Of a DNA stretch of 64,000 nt, positions 1 through 10,182 are shown piece after piece. Source of the stretch: Planctomycetota bacterium (GTDB taxonomy: Bacteria; Planctomycetota; PLA2; JAEUHO01); NCBI GenBank assembly GCA_965223505.1, contig CBDCWP010000013.1, positions 160,001-224,000 on the forward strand. The letters are read 5' to 3'. The notes under the pieces were generated by a model. That model was not told the DNA's origin. It made no database searches and saw only the letters and a program-made list of their open reading frames with translations. Position 1 is the stretch's first letter. Each line of letters opens with the position of its first letter. Made by a program: the position numbers and the translations under genes.

Positions 1-327
1 GCCATATCTTTTTATGTGGGGTTACTGGGCGCCGCGCTTCTCGCGGTAGCGGGCGCCGGCGCGCTCTTGGCCGGTCCCTGGACCTCTGGACTCGACCCCA
101 CCAGCCACGTCTACCCGGCCACCGTGTGGGTGCTGGCGCTGTGGACCGCGATACACGTGGCAGTTGGGGTGATCATGCAGCTATACTGCCTGGCCCGTCG
201 CCTGGCGGGGCGCATGACGGCGCGCTACGATATCGACATCACCAACGTGGCGCTCTACTGGCACTTCATCGCCATCACGGCAGCGATCACCATCGCCGTG
301 ATCGCCGGTTTTCCGCTGGTTGCATAA
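1..327 (+). CDS. C-terminal part of a cytochrome c oxidase subunit III-like (probably subunit I/III fusion) protein, truncated by the window edge
   Basis: TM helices with H..VGVIM and the terminal LYWHF motif typical of CoxIII; lies upstream of ctaG and a cytochrome c. Confidence 0.7.
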   Translation, partial: AISFYVGLLGAALLAVAGAGALLAGPWTSGLDPTSHVYPATVWVLALWTAIHVAVGVIMQLYCLARRLAGRMTARYDIDITNVALYWHFIAITAAITIAVIAGFPLVA

Positions 328-337
328 GGATGGCGCG

Positions 338-715
338 ATGAACGATTTACCAGAACAAGATGAGAGTTTGTGGATACTCACCATCTCGCCGACGATTTGG
401 GCGGCGCATTTTCTGCTAAGCTACATGAGCGCCGCGGTCTGGTGCGAGAAAGTTGTGGGTCGCGATGGCGGCCTGGAACCCATTCGGCTGGCGATGACCA
501 TCTACACCGGGCTCGCGCTCGTCGGCATTGTCATCATCGGTTGGCGCGGCTTCAGCCGCCACCGCTTCGGCAGCACCACAGGCCCTCACGACTTTGACTC
601 GCCGGAGAGCCGCCACCGTTTTTTGGGCTTCGCCACGCTGCTGCTATCGGCTTTGAGCTTCGTGGCCATCCTTTTCGTGACGCTTGTCGTCGTTTTTATT
701 CGGAGCTGCCACTAA
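338..715 (+). CDS. Small 3-TM membrane protein of the oxidase cluster
   Basis: Hydrophobic ORF (PTIWAAHFLLSY); stop overlaps the next start (TAATG). Confidence 0.7.
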   Translation: MNDLPEQDESLWILTISPTIWAAHFLLSYMSAAVWCEKVVGRDGGLEPIRLAMTIYTGLALVGIVIIGWRGFSRHRFGSTTGPHDFDSPESRHRFLGFATLLLSALSFVAILFVTLVVVFIRSCH

Positions 716-1341
716 TGCGCGGCGTCTTTTGCATGGCAGGTTGTCTGATCCTCGCGGCCTTGTGGCTAGGGCCTTTGCCGGCGCTGGCGCCGCGCGCCTT
801 CGTCGCCCACATGGTCATGCATATGGGGGTTGTGGCGGTGGCGACGCCGCTACTGGCTCTGGGCCTGGCGGGCGGACCGTATGATCCCACGTACAGAGCG
901 TCCAAGTGGTTTGCCCCGATTCCGGCGTCTGTGGTCGAGCTTGTCGTGGTGTGGGCCTGGCATGCGCCCGCGCTGCATCGCGAAGCCAGGCACTGCGTCA
1001 CGGGGCTGGTAGCCGAGCAAGGCATGTTTTTTCTCGTCGGTCTCTGGCTGTGGCTGTCGGCTTTGGGCGGCCATGTCCAGGGCAATGGCAACCGAGCGGC
1101 GGCCGGCATTGTGGGCCTTCTACTGACGTCCATGCACATGACGCTGTTAGGGGCGCTGCTTGGCCTCGCCCCGCGCTCCCTCTACGCGCATGCCGACAGT
1201 GTCTCCGGACTTACGGCTCTAGAGGATCAGCATTTGGGAGGGGCGGTGATGCTGCTCGTCGGCGGCATCGCCTATCTGGCCGGCGGCCTTGGGCTGACCG
1301 CAAGGCTGCTGCGCGCGCCGGCCATTGCATCGAGGGGGTAG
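715..1341 (+). CDS. ctaG: Cytochrome c oxidase caa3 assembly factor (CtaG-like)
   Basis: HMVMHM, WAWHAP and DQHLGG motifs of the Caa3_CtaG family. Confidence 0.8.
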   Translation: MRGVFCMAGCLILAALWLGPLPALAPRAFVAHMVMHMGVVAVATPLLALGLAGGPYDPTYRASKWFAPIPASVVELVVVWAWHAPALHREARHCVTGLVAEQGMFFLVGLWLWLSALGGHVQGNGNRAAAGIVGLLLTSMHMTLLGALLGLAPRSLYAHADSVSGLTALEDQHLGGAVMLLVGGIAYLAGGLGLTARLLRAPAIASRG

Positions 1342-1343
1342 GC

Positions 1344-2453
1344 ATGAAACGCCGGTGGATCAAAATAGGGGGAGCGCTCGCGGCGCTTGGCGTGGGCGGA
1401 TTCCTTTTTGCGGCGGCAGGGCTAGCGCCGATCAAAGCCAGCTCCGGCCACTGGCCGATCACGGCATGGTTGTTAAAATTCACCATGCGCCGCTCGCTTG
1501 CCACCCAATCATTAGGCCTCAAGCCGCCCAAACTGGATACCCCCGATCTCGTGCTACAAGGCGCGGGGCACTACGAAACGGGCTGCCGTTCTTGTCACGG
1601 CAGCCCCGGCGAGCCTGTGCCGCGGGTGTCGCAGCAGATGACGCCACATCCGCCCGGCCTGTCATCGCCAGCCACCGAGTTGACCCCCGACGAACTCTTT
1701 TACGTCGTCAAGCACGGCGTCAAATTTACCGGTATGCCGGCTTGGCCAACACAGCAGCGTGATGATGAGGTCTGGGCGATGGTGGCCTTTCTCCTCAAAT
1801 TTCCACAACTCGATGCGGCGTCGTATCGACAGCTCATTCACGGCGAAGAGCCAGCAGCCGTTGAAGCCATCTCGCTACTCGCCTTATCACCCGTGCGCAA
1901 TGTCGCCGAGGCCGCCGCGATCCATTGCGATCGATGCCATAGCCGAGGCGAGGGCATCTTTCCTCGGCTTGGCGGCCAGCGATCGGCGTACCTCGTCGCC
2001 GCCTTGCAAGCCTATGCCCGAGGTGATCGCCATAGCGGCGTGATGTCATTGGTGGCGGCCGCGTTGCGACCTGAGGACATGCAAAAATTCGCAGATTATT
2101 ACAGTCGTTTGGAGGCGCCGGTTCCCGCGCCCCGCGCTAGCTCTGAGGCGTCATCCATTGAGCGAGGCAAAGCCATTGCTCATCGAGGCATTCCTCGCCA
2201 GCGCGTGCCCTCTTGCGTCGACTGCCATGGCCCTGGCGACATGCCCCGCAACCCGGTTTTTCCCATTCTCGCGGGACAGTATACTGACTACCTTGTCTCA
2301 CAACTTAAGCTCTTTCAATCGCAACACCGCGGCGGCTCCCCCTACGCCCATCTGATGCGCCCCATGGCGGCTTGGCTGACTTCGGCGGATATGCGCGACG
2401 TGGCTCTATACTATGCCTCGCTCACGACCGCCTCGGATCATTTGAAGCCTTAA
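1344..2453 (+). CDS. Triheme c-type cytochrome (c4-like domains)
   Basis: Three CxxCH motifs (CRSCH, CDRCH, CVDCH), N-terminal TM anchor, FPxLAGQ motifs; ATG 1344 follows GAGGGGG. Confidence 0.85.
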   Translation: MKRRWIKIGGALAALGVGGFLFAAAGLAPIKASSGHWPITAWLLKFTMRRSLATQSLGLKPPKLDTPDLVLQGAGHYETGCRSCHGSPGEPVPRVSQQMTPHPPGLSSPATELTPDELFYVVKHGVKFTGMPAWPTQQRDDEVWAMVAFLLKFPQLDAASYRQLIHGEEPAAVEAISLLALSPVRNVAEAAAIHCDRCHSRGEGIFPRLGGQRSAYLVAALQAYARGDRHSGVMSLVAAALRPEDMQKFADYYSRLEAPVPAPRASSEASSIERGKAIAHRGIPRQRVPSCVDCHGPGDMPRNPVFPILAGQYTDYLVSQLKLFQSQHRGGSPYAHLMRPMAAWLTSADMRDVALYYASLTTASDHLKP

Positions 2454-3372
2454 TCACGCCCTCTAGCGGCTCATCGTCGTCCAGCAATGCCTTTTCTCCC
2501 AGGTCTTTACCAAAGCGGGCGGCGTGCTCGATTTCAGCATTGATGGAGCCTCCAACGAGGATCACAAATCCCATCAAGTACATCCAGGTCATCAAGACAA
2601 TAAACGTGCCAATGCTGCCATAGATCTTGTTGTAAGAACCAAAATGGCTTACATAATACGAAAACCCCAAAGATACTGCAATCCAAGCCAAAATGGCGAA
2701 AATTGATCCCGGAGTAATCCATTTCCATTTTTGCTCAACATCGGGCGCGAAGTAGTAAATATTAGCCATTGCAAAGATGAGAAATACAACAATGACAAGC
2801 CAGCGCGCAAGCGCCCAGACGACCTCAAAGGCCTGCCCAAGGCCAATTTGCTCAGCGAATACGCCGCCGAGTTGAGGGCCAAAGATCAGAAGCGCGATAG
2901 ACGCCATCAAGAGGACCAAAAGTTCCAGCACCAGTGCGAGCGCGATTCCCCAAACTTTCCAGATTGGACGCCCTTCTGGCACGCCATAGGCGCGATTGAG
3001 ATTGTCTATGATGGCGGCGACGGCGCTCGATGAGGTCCAAAGGGCCGTCAAAATCCCAAAGGACAACAGTTCGCCACGCTGCCGGACAACGAGGTCGCGC
3101 ACATTCTCTTGCACCAGTGAAACGACCTCGCCCGGCATCAGGTCGGCGAGAAGGCCCATGATTTCATCCCTCGCCAGCGGTAAAAAACCAAGCAAAGTGG
3201 TGAGAAACAAGAGAAATGGAAACAAAGCAAAAAGAAAGTAGTAGGCCAATTGCGCAGCTTGACCAATTGCATTATCTTCATATACACTTTTGACTACTCG
3301 TCTGCCTAACTCAATCACGCTCAAGCCGCCTAACCGGGCGACTTCCTTAATCTCTTCGGACTCATGCCTCAT
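2422..3372 (-). CDS. YihY/virulence factor BrkB family membrane protein
   Basis: AAQLAYYFLFALFP, YNKIYGSIG, GGSINAE motifs. Confidence 0.9.
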   Translation of the reverse strand: MRHESEEIKEVARLGGLSVIELGRRVVKSVYEDNAIGQAAQLAYYFLFALFPFLLFLTTLLGFLPLARDEIMGLLADLMPGEVVSLVQENVRDLVVRQRGELLSFGILTALWTSSSAVAAIIDNLNRAYGVPEGRPIWKVWGIALALVLELLVLLMASIALLIFGPQLGGVFAEQIGLGQAFEVVWALARWLVIVVFLIFAMANIYYFAPDVEQKWKWITPGSIFAILAWIAVSLGFSYYVSHFGSYNKIYGSIGTFIVLMTWMYLMGFVILVGGSINAEIEHAARFGKDLGEKALLDDDEPLEGVIKASNDPRRS

Positions 3373-3511
3373 ATCAAAGCCTTCTTTCTTGCTGAGAAAT
3401 TAATATGCGTCATCACTTTGGATAGTATCAGTTTAAATTTAGCATACAAAGGGAACAGGATTGCATACATTAACATAACATAAAGGCAACAAAAGATCTC
3501 AACAGATATAA

Positions 3512-3551
3512 AGCAAGGGGTGACGCGCTTGACGACGCGTCACCCCTTGCT
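3512..3551 (-). terminator. 16-bp hairpin, likely intrinsic terminator downstream of the PRC-barrel gene
   Basis: AGCAAGGGGTGACGCG ... CGCGTCACCCCTTGCT perfect stem, short T run on the minus strand. Confidence 0.65.
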
Positions 3552-3667
3552 AGGCTAGATACCGGGCGGATAAAGGATTACCAGTGTTTAGTCCTTAGAC
3601 TCTGATCCTAGCTTTTTATTTTTATTTTTCTACCTTGAGTCGTGACCCGTTTGAGTCTGTTACGTTT

Positions 3668-4426
3668 TTATTTCTTGATGTTTACCTCAACTCGGTCTCC
3701 AGCTTGCAGATCTTGCATCATGCTCTCAGGCACTTGAAGCTCAACCGTGTTGCCGCGGACCTGTTGAACCGTTGCAGAGATTTGCTCCTCTGTTTGCGTG
3801 GTTGCTGAGCCCGAAGCGTCATCTTGACTCATTTTATGATCGCCTTGGTTCGCGGCCTGACGCCGCGCCCACTGATCTTGTTGATCGTAATACGAGTGAA
3901 CCGTTTCCCCCCACTGGGTATCGGCCATGTTGGGCCAATTGTCGTTGTCAAAACCAGGCGCAGTTTGCATCCGGTCTTTGTCCACGTCCAGGATCAACCT
4001 GTCAAGTTCGCCTCTGTCATCGTCGTCCGCTACAGTTTGGAAAGCGCCCCAGGGAATAGCGAAAAGCTTTTCGCCCAATCCTAAGAAGCCGCCCGCCTCC
4101 ACCACTGCATAAACGATAGAGCCGTCCTTTGGATCGACCACCACATCATTAATCTCACCCAAATTGCTGCCTTGGGTGTTTTCGACTGTCATCCCGATAA
4201 TTTTTCGTATTTTCAGAATGTCAGTCGCCGGCTGCATCTGGGTTGTGACGCGTTCTTGGTCGGGCGCTGGAGTCGACGCAGCGGGTTGACGCTTCTCTAT
4301 AGTCGGCTCCGTCGACTTGATTGATTTACCCTCTTTTTCCGCTGCAAGAGCGGTTGAGGACATGATCAGCGCTGACGCTGCTAGCGTGATGATCATCGAT
4401 TTTGATAGTACCGAGAAATTCATCAT
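3668..4426 (-). CDS. Exported PRC-barrel domain protein
   Basis: Signal peptide, LGEINDVVVD...GGFLGLGEKLFAIPW; AAGGAG RBS before ATG 4426 (ORF-track start is too long). Confidence 0.85.
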   Translation of the reverse strand: MMNFSVLSKSMIITLAASALIMSSTALAAEKEGKSIKSTEPTIEKRQPAASTPAPDQERVTTQMQPATDILKIRKIIGMTVENTQGSNLGEINDVVVDPKDGSIVYAVVEAGGFLGLGEKLFAIPWGAFQTVADDDDRGELDRLILDVDKDRMQTAPGFDNDNWPNMADTQWGETVHSYYDQQDQWARRQAANQGDHKMSQDDASGSATTQTEEQISATVQQVRGNTVELQVPESMMQDLQAGDRVEVNIKK

Positions 4427-4480
4427 ATTCTCCTTATTAAGGTTTTCCCATATCCGCCTGTTGCGAACACTTATAATTAG

Positions 4481-4496
4481 AGCAATTTCTGTGCCA
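4481..4496 (-). promoter_or_regulatory. sigma54 (-24/-12) promoter of the PRC-barrel gene
   Basis: TGGCACAGAAATTGCT on the minus strand, 55 bp upstream of the start. Confidence 0.8.
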
Positions 4497-4582
4497 ATAG
4501 TGAAAATTGTAACATTTTTGGAAAAAGACAAAGATTTGACAGGATATCTATTAAGGAGATATTGGCGATATCTAACATTGAC

Positions 4583-4617
4583 TCTCAAATTGAGCCAGTA
4601 TATTAGTCAAAATAAAA
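4583..4617. promoter_or_regulatory. Putative tandem activator-binding sites (UAS)
   Basis: TCTCAAATTGAGC at 4583 and AGTCAAAATAAAA at 4605. Confidence 0.5.
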
Positions 4618-4731
4618 GGGATGAGGCCAATTGAATGAGGCGGGCGCCGTCAAGAGCTGATTTACAAAACACCGTTATTAAGGATATCTAAAATTCTCTA
4701 GGGCCAACGCCATCACGCCGCTGGTATCAGG

Positions 4732-5790
4732 TCATGGTTCCCGATGGCCTCGCTCAATTTTCTCTTCGACTTCACGTCGCTCATCTGCTTTGAGACTGGG
4801 TTCCTCTTGCTGCGTTTCGGCTTGTAAACTCAAATTGAGAGACACGTAGACAGGAAAGTGATCGGAGCCAAAGGCCGGAAGACGTTTCAAGGCAATGAGA
4901 CCAAAGTCATCGGAGTGAAAAACGTGGTCGAGCGGCCAGCGCAGAAGGGGCATTTTAGCGCTAAAACTATTGTACAGACCTCGACCTATGCGGGGATCGA
5001 GCATTTTGCTGGTCTTTTGAAATAGCGCCGTGGTGCGCGACCACGCCACATCATTGAGATCGCCCGCTACAATCACCGGTTGCGTTAACGACCGCGCTTC
5101 GCGCCCGACCATAAGCAATTCCGCGTCGCGTTTTGTCGTCTTCTCACTCTCACTTGGAGCAGGCGGTTTTGGGTGCAGCGCATAGAGCCAAATATTCCGA
5201 CCAGATGCTAGGGTGAGTTGAGTTCGAATAGATGGAATCTCATTGTCGAGAAGAAAGCGCACCTCCGGCGCGATGAGGGGCAATCGTGAGTAAAGGAGCA
5301 TGCCGTACGTATTCGGCAATGGTTTCTTGACCGTATTCGCGTAATCTGTCTCTAATGGCGCGAGTTGTTTCTCCCACCAGGCGTCCGCTTCTAAGATCAG
5401 CACCACATCGGGCGATGCGTCGCGTACGATACGGAGAAACTTGGCGGCCTGCCGATTCTCCATCAACACATTTGAGACCACAATGGCGATACGGTCATGA
5501 CGTGAACCGTCGCTGGTCATGACGACTTCTGAAGCCGCTAAGGGAGTATAGGGATAGATGGTATACACTTGATAAACGAGACAAACGATGAGGACGCCAA
5601 CCGTGCAATACTCAAGTGGGAACGCAAGAGGGCGCATGAACCAAAAAGCGATGGCGACGCCGCATCCCAAGCCTAAGATTTGCAGGCGAGGAAAATCAAA
5701 GGCGCGAATCCACCAGGCGTCGGCCCGTATTACCGGAATCACTGTGGCAAGGATGAGCAACCAGGCTAAGACAGAGAGTGCAATTTTCAT
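4732..5790 (-). CDS. Endonuclease/exonuclease/phosphatase family protein (YafD-like) with N-terminal TM segments
   Basis: SNVLMEN, AGDLNDV, PLDHVF and GSDHFP motifs. Confidence 0.9.
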   Translation of the reverse strand: MKIALSVLAWLLILATVIPVIRADAWWIRAFDFPRLQILGLGCGVAIAFWFMRPLAFPLEYCTVGVLIVCLVYQVYTIYPYTPLAASEVVMTSDGSRHDRIAIVVSNVLMENRQAAKFLRIVRDASPDVVLILEADAWWEKQLAPLETDYANTVKKPLPNTYGMLLYSRLPLIAPEVRFLLDNEIPSIRTQLTLASGRNIWLYALHPKPPAPSESEKTTKRDAELLMVGREARSLTQPVIVAGDLNDVAWSRTTALFQKTSKMLDPRIGRGLYNSFSAKMPLLRWPLDHVFHSDDFGLIALKRLPAFGSDHFPVYVSLNLSLQAETQQEEPSLKADERREVEEKIERGHREP

Positions 5791-5862
5791 CTACGCCATC
5801 CCGAGCGGGTAAAAAGAAAGAGGCAATCTATGCGGCCTTACGCGCGCGAGTCGTCGTCTGGC

Positions 5863-7221
5863 TTAATGGAGCTGATATTCTTTGAGTTTGCGATACAACG
5901 TCGCAGGAGCAATGGCGAGCTGTCGCGCCGTAGCCTGACGATTTCCAGCATGGTGTCGCAGGGCTTGAAGAATGGCCTCCCGTTCCACTGTCGCGAGGTC
6001 TGAATGAACAGGGAGCATAAGATAGTCCTCTTCATCCATCAGATGACCGAGGCGTTGATGGCTCAAGTCCAAGTCGTTAATCGTAATGGATGTTGACTGG
6101 CAAAGCACAACAGCTCGTTCGATCACATTTTCCAACTCGCGAACATTTCCTGGCCAGTCGTACGACTTCATCGCTTCTAATGCTTCAGATTGAATAGACG
6201 CGACTTCTTTGTGGTTCATCTCGGCGTATCGACGGATAAAATGAGAGGCTAATAAAGGAATGTCGGAGCGCCGCTCTCGCAAGGCCGGCAGGTGTATGGC
6301 AATGACATTGAGGCGGTAATAAAGATCCTCGCGAAAACGCCGCATCCTCACCTCTTCCGCGAGGTTTTTATTGGTGGCCGTAATCAGTCGCACATCCGCA
6401 CGGAGGTCTTGCCTGCCGCCAAGCCGCCTAAACGCGCCGTCTTGTAGAACACGCAACAGTTTAGCCTGGATCTCCATGGGCATGTCGCCAACTTCATCTA
6501 AAAACAACGTGCCCCCATCAGCCAACTCAAAATGTCCGGGTTTGCGTTCGTAAGCCCCAGTAAACGCGCCTTTCTCGTAGCCAAACAATTCCGCCTCTAA
6601 TAAGGCCGGAGGTAAGGCGGCAGCGTTAAGGACGATAAAAGGTTGCGATGCGCGGGTGCTCAAGCGATGCGCCATCGTAGCGATCACTTCTTTACCAGTG
6701 CCGCTTTCGCCAGTCACGAGCAGCGTCGCTCGCGAGGGCGCGACGTGACTAACCAGCTCGCGGATGTGACGCCAAGCTTGGCTGGAACCGATCACCTCGG
6801 ACTGAGAAAATTGGTCGCGAACTTGTTTCTTGAGTATCCGATTTTCAACGATGAGCGCCTGCACGGCGCTCGCTTTTTGTAACGTGATGACGGTGCGTTC
6901 GCGGCTCATCGGTTTAACCAAATAGTCAAAAGCGCCTTCTTTCATGGCTTCAACCGCAACCTCGATATCCTGGCCGCCAGACATGATAATGACGCAGATG
7001 CCCGGATGCTCAGCCTTCACCTGCCGAAGCAGGTCGAGGCCACTCATGCCACCCATCTTGACATCGGTCAAGAGCAGATCGATATCATGCTGCCCAAGCA
7101 GTGATAAGGCCTCTTCGCCGGATGTCGTCGTGGTGACAGTATAACCCTCCTGAGTCAACATAACCTCTAGCGCTCTCAGCGTGCTCGCGACATCGTCAAC
7201 GACCAAGACGTGCGGCATCAT
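5863..7221 (-). CDS. sigma54-dependent response regulator (NtrC/AtoC family: REC-AAA+-Fis HTH)
   Basis: VVDD/LLTDVKM REC domain, GESGTGKE, GAFTGA, WPGNVREL, C-terminal HTH. Confidence 0.95.
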   Translation of the reverse strand: MMPHVLVVDDVASTLRALEVMLTQEGYTVTTTTSGEEALSLLGQHDIDLLLTDVKMGGMSGLDLLRQVKAEHPGICVIIMSGGQDIEVAVEAMKEGAFDYLVKPMSRERTVITLQKASAVQALIVENRILKKQVRDQFSQSEVIGSSQAWRHIRELVSHVAPSRATLLVTGESGTGKEVIATMAHRLSTRASQPFIVLNAAALPPALLEAELFGYEKGAFTGAYERKPGHFELADGGTLFLDEVGDMPMEIQAKLLRVLQDGAFRRLGGRQDLRADVRLITATNKNLAEEVRMRRFREDLYYRLNVIAIHLPALRERRSDIPLLASHFIRRYAEMNHKEVASIQSEALEAMKSYDWPGNVRELENVIERAVVLCQSTSITINDLDLSHQRLGHLMDEEDYLMLPVHSDLATVEREAILQALRHHAGNRQATARQLAIAPATLYRKLKEYQLH

Positions 7222-7308
7222 TTTTGTCCCCTGGTAAGACGAAACGTTTGGCGGGTAGTCGACTGCGCCTGCGCCCGCGAAAACGCTGAGGCGCGGCTCG
7301 CAGGACCG

Positions 7309-7476
7309 TCAAATTCTTCGACGCGTGGCATTCATGATCAACGAGATCACGAAAATCACTAAAAAGATAAAAAATAGAATCTTAGCAATGCCGGCCGCCG
7401 CCCCGGCCACGCCGCCAAACCCAAGCACGGCGGCGATTAGCGCGATTACCAAAAACACTAACGCCCAGCTCAGCAT
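7309..7476 (-). CDS. DUF1328 (YtjA/UPF0391) small membrane protein, absent from the ORF track (55 aa)
   Basis: Manual translation [65 protein letters not shown]. Confidence 0.9.
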   Translation of the reverse strand: MLSWALVFLVIALIAAVLGFGGVAGAAAGIAKILFFIFLVIFVISLIMNATRRRI

Positions 7477-7590
7477 TTTCTCTCTCCTCCTACGTAATTT
7501 TCTAAAGAGTGGCAGAGTGAATGGCCCACCAAAAGATATTTTTCATGCTTTCCGGGAGCGGCCCGGCTTCATGGCGACTCTCAAAGGTTA

Positions 7591-7616
7591 GCGTCACGTC
7601 TGTGCAGACGTGACGC
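7591..7616. terminator. Hairpin between csbD and the DUF1328 gene
   Basis: GCGTCACGTCTG/CAGACGTGACGC 12-bp inverted repeat. Confidence 0.5.
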
Positions 7617-7623
7617 GTATCGA

Positions 7624-7839
7624 TTAAGGCGCCGTTCGCTCGTAGTCGTTGAGACGGCGCGTCACCTCAGCTCTAGCCTCTTCCTTCGTCCACCCATAGC
7701 GCTCTTGCATTTTGCCGACGAGTTTGTCCTGATCGCCGTCAATTTGGTCGAGTTCGTCATCGGTTAACTCCCCCCACCACTTTTTTGCTTCGCCTCGAAT
7801 CTGTTTCCATTTTCCCTTTAATACATCTGTGTTCATCAC
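7624..7839 (-). CDS. csbD: CsbD family general stress protein
   Basis: KGKWKQIRGEAKKWWGELTDDEL...QERYG. Confidence 0.92.
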   Translation of the reverse strand: MMNTDVLKGKWKQIRGEAKKWWGELTDDELDQIDGDQDKLVGKMQERYGWTKEEARAEVTRRLNDYERTAP

Positions 7840-7946
7840 GCTCTCCCTACGCTATTCTAGAGGCGCGACGCACCTGTGAGGCCACAGGTGCGTCGTGTGA
7901 AGATAGGCTCCTGACGGCCTGCTAAGGCGCGTCCTGATATAGATAG

Positions 7947-7962
7947 AGCAATGATCGTGCCA
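7947..7962 (-). promoter_or_regulatory. sigma54 promoter of the csbD unit
   Basis: TGGCACGATCATTGCT on the minus strand. Confidence 0.85.
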
Positions 7963-8035
7963 ATCCGCTCATCGGCAATCGGCTTGAGAAAAGGGGCGTT
8001 AAGCTGAGAGATTGAGAAACGAGTGTCAGCATGTG

Positions 8036-8068
8036 TTTAATTTTGAGAATATTACTTTCATTTTAAGA
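8036..8068. promoter_or_regulatory. Putative tandem UAS shared by divergent sigma54 promoters
   Basis: TTTAATTTTGAGA at 8036 and TTTCATTTTAAGA at 8056. Confidence 0.55.
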
Positions 8069-8160
8069 GTATGCACGCTTGGCTGCTCCGTCTCAACAGC
8101 GCTGGAGCCCAGTGACCCCAGATCGTTTGGGAAAACAGCCGTAGCGACAATTTGTGGCGA

Positions 8161-8176
8161 TGGTACAAGGCTTGCA
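8161..8176 (+). promoter_or_regulatory. sigma54 promoter of the phosphatidyltransferase gene
   Basis: TGGTACAAGGCTTGCA. Confidence 0.7.
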
Positions 8177-8249
8177 ACAATTAGCAGCGATAGCGGCAGC
8201 GCTGTGATGGCGCCAAAAAACTTTTGACACACGTTTGGGAGAAAGCGTC

Positions 8250-8882
8250 ATGATCCCCTCTGACCGAACCCATTTGACGATGTTGCGTTCGTTTCGGCCT
8301 CCCGATGTTCTGACATTCGCCAACGCCAGCTGCGGCATGCTCGCCATTTTTCTCTGTCTAAGCTACCTCGACAGTGGACAGCATCCTACCTTTGGCATCG
8401 TTTTTTTACTACTGCCATTAGCTCTGGTATTTGATTTGCTCGACGGGGTTGTGGCGCGCTGGTTGAAGCGCACGTCGGTGCTTGGCGCTGACCTCGACTC
8501 CCTGGCCGATAGTCTCTCTTTTGGCGTCGCGCCGGCCGTGCTCGGCTATACCCTTGGCCTGCGCGGCGGCTGGGATGTCTGCATCCTGACTTATTTTGTC
8601 GCCTGCGGGCTGAGCCGCTTGGCGCGCTATAACGTCACGGCGGTCACGCTATCTGATATCGAAGGCAAAGTTCGCTATTATGAAGGGGTCCCCATACCGG
8701 CCAATGTGCTTTTGGTGTTGCTGTTGGGCCTCGCGTTCGCCCTCGGGCGCGTCGGCCCCAATATGTGGCTTGGCGCCTATGCCGTTGGCCCGGCGGTCTT
8801 GCATCCCATAGCCCTCCTTTATGGCGTCAGCGGGAGTTTGATGATCAGCCGCACCATTCGCATCCCCAAACCTGGGTGGTAA
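8250..8882 (+). CDS. pssA: CDP-alcohol phosphatidyltransferase (PssA-like)
   Basis: DLLDGVVAR...GADLDSLADSLSFGVAP, RLARYN; start uncertain. Confidence 0.85.
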   Translation: MIPSDRTHLTMLRSFRPPDVLTFANASCGMLAIFLCLSYLDSGQHPTFGIVFLLLPLALVFDLLDGVVARWLKRTSVLGADLDSLADSLSFGVAPAVLGYTLGLRGGWDVCILTYFVACGLSRLARYNVTAVTLSDIEGKVRYYEGVPIPANVLLVLLLGLAFALGRVGPNMWLGAYAVGPAVLHPIALLYGVSGSLMISRTIRIPKPGW

Positions 8883-9023
8883 AGGGCGCGCGCCATCACT
8901 CGGCCGCTCGCAACGGCGTCGGGCTTTTTACCAATCCGGATTTATGTTACGCTTTCGCCCATTTCGAAGAAGGCCACACATTTAGTTTGCGTAGAAATCA
9001 TATCAGTAGGGACAAAACATCTA

Positions 9024-10151
9024 ATGTCATCCACATCGCTGAGTCAAGGATCGACGGGTAGGACATGGCCAGGCAATGCCGCAAACCAATCTGGCGATCA
9101 ACGCCAGGGGGCGGAAGTTGCTGGACGATTATCCGAACTGGCGGCGGGTGTCGCCATTTTGGGACCGGACGCGACGGTGTCTTCCTGGAGCGCCTCAGCT
9201 GCGGCGATGACGGGCTATACCCTTGATCAGGTGCGTCAAATCGGGCTCGCCGCCATCTTTGAACCGGCAGAGGTGATGCGGCATATGCTATACAAAGGCG
9301 GCGCTGGAGTCCCAACCCCTAGTGAGTATCTCCAACTGCGACACGGGGATGGCCATCTGATCCCGGTGCTGGCCCAGTGCGCTCCCCAGCGCCGCCAGCG
9401 ACAACACCCGTGTCCTTTAGCCTTGGTGTTTCGCCCCATTGATGTCCATCTTGAAAACTTGCGCCAAGATGAACACTGGATGGTCATGGGGCGGTTTTCC
9501 AGCTCGTTGTCACACGACATTCGCAATCAACTCAACGCGGTGATGTTGCACACGGATGTCCTAAGCGACGCCTTGGACGACGCGCCCTCTGAGACGCGCG
9601 TCGCCATGACCGAATCCGTGGAGGATATCCGGCGCGAAATCAACCGCCTACACGAGCTGCTCGATCAAATGCTCTCTCTGGGCCGTTTGACCCGGCTAAA
9701 TCTTGAGCCGGTGATGCTCGCCACATTGATAGAGGCATTAGGAGAAGAAATCGAACCGCTGCTTTCGTCACACGGCATTCGGCTGCATCAGCGCCTGAGC
9801 GCAGAGCTTGGCGAGGTTGGCTTACACGCCAATACCTTTCGCTATCTATGGCTCAATCTGGTTCGCAACGCCATTGAGGCGATGCCGGACGGGGGCGAAC
9901 TCACCATCTGCGCTGAGTGCTCGGACGATGAAGCGCGTTTGACCATCACCGATACGGGCGCAGGCGTTGCCATGGACCAAATCCCCTTGCTCTTTGCCCC
10001 GTTTCAGACCACAAAACCAGATGGCGCTGGCCTTGGGCTTTACATCGCGCAGGAAATTGCCGAGGCTCACCAGGGGCGTATTGAAGTCTCTAATGAAGGA
10101 GGCTTGGGCGCGTCTGTCACCGTGACGCTGCCAATATTGAAACCGGTCTAG
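9024..10151 (+). CDS. PAS-domain sensor histidine kinase
   Basis: SHDIRNQL H-box, NLVRNA N-box, DTGAG and GAGLGL G-boxes. Confidence 0.9.
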   Translation: MSSTSLSQGSTGRTWPGNAANQSGDQRQGAEVAGRLSELAAGVAILGPDATVSSWSASAAAMTGYTLDQVRQIGLAAIFEPAEVMRHMLYKGGAGVPTPSEYLQLRHGDGHLIPVLAQCAPQRRQRQHPCPLALVFRPIDVHLENLRQDEHWMVMGRFSSSLSHDIRNQLNAVMLHTDVLSDALDDAPSETRVAMTESVEDIRREINRLHELLDQMLSLGRLTRLNLEPVMLATLIEALGEEIEPLLSSHGIRLHQRLSAELGEVGLHANTFRYLWLNLVRNAIEAMPDGGELTICAECSDDEARLTITDTGAGVAMDQIPLLFAPFQTTKPDGAGLGLYIAQEIAEAHQGRIEVSNEGGLGASVTVTLPILKPV

Positions 10152-10182
10152 AGCGTCCCTGAGCTGGCGTAAAGGGCTGCGC

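Noticed and set aside
906..1343. N-terminal extension of the cytochrome c ORF
   Set aside because: It overlaps ctaG; the start with an RBS is at 1344
4828..4840. ACTCAAATTGAGA motif inside the EEP gene
   Set aside because: No partner site at about 21 bp and far from a promoter; may be chance
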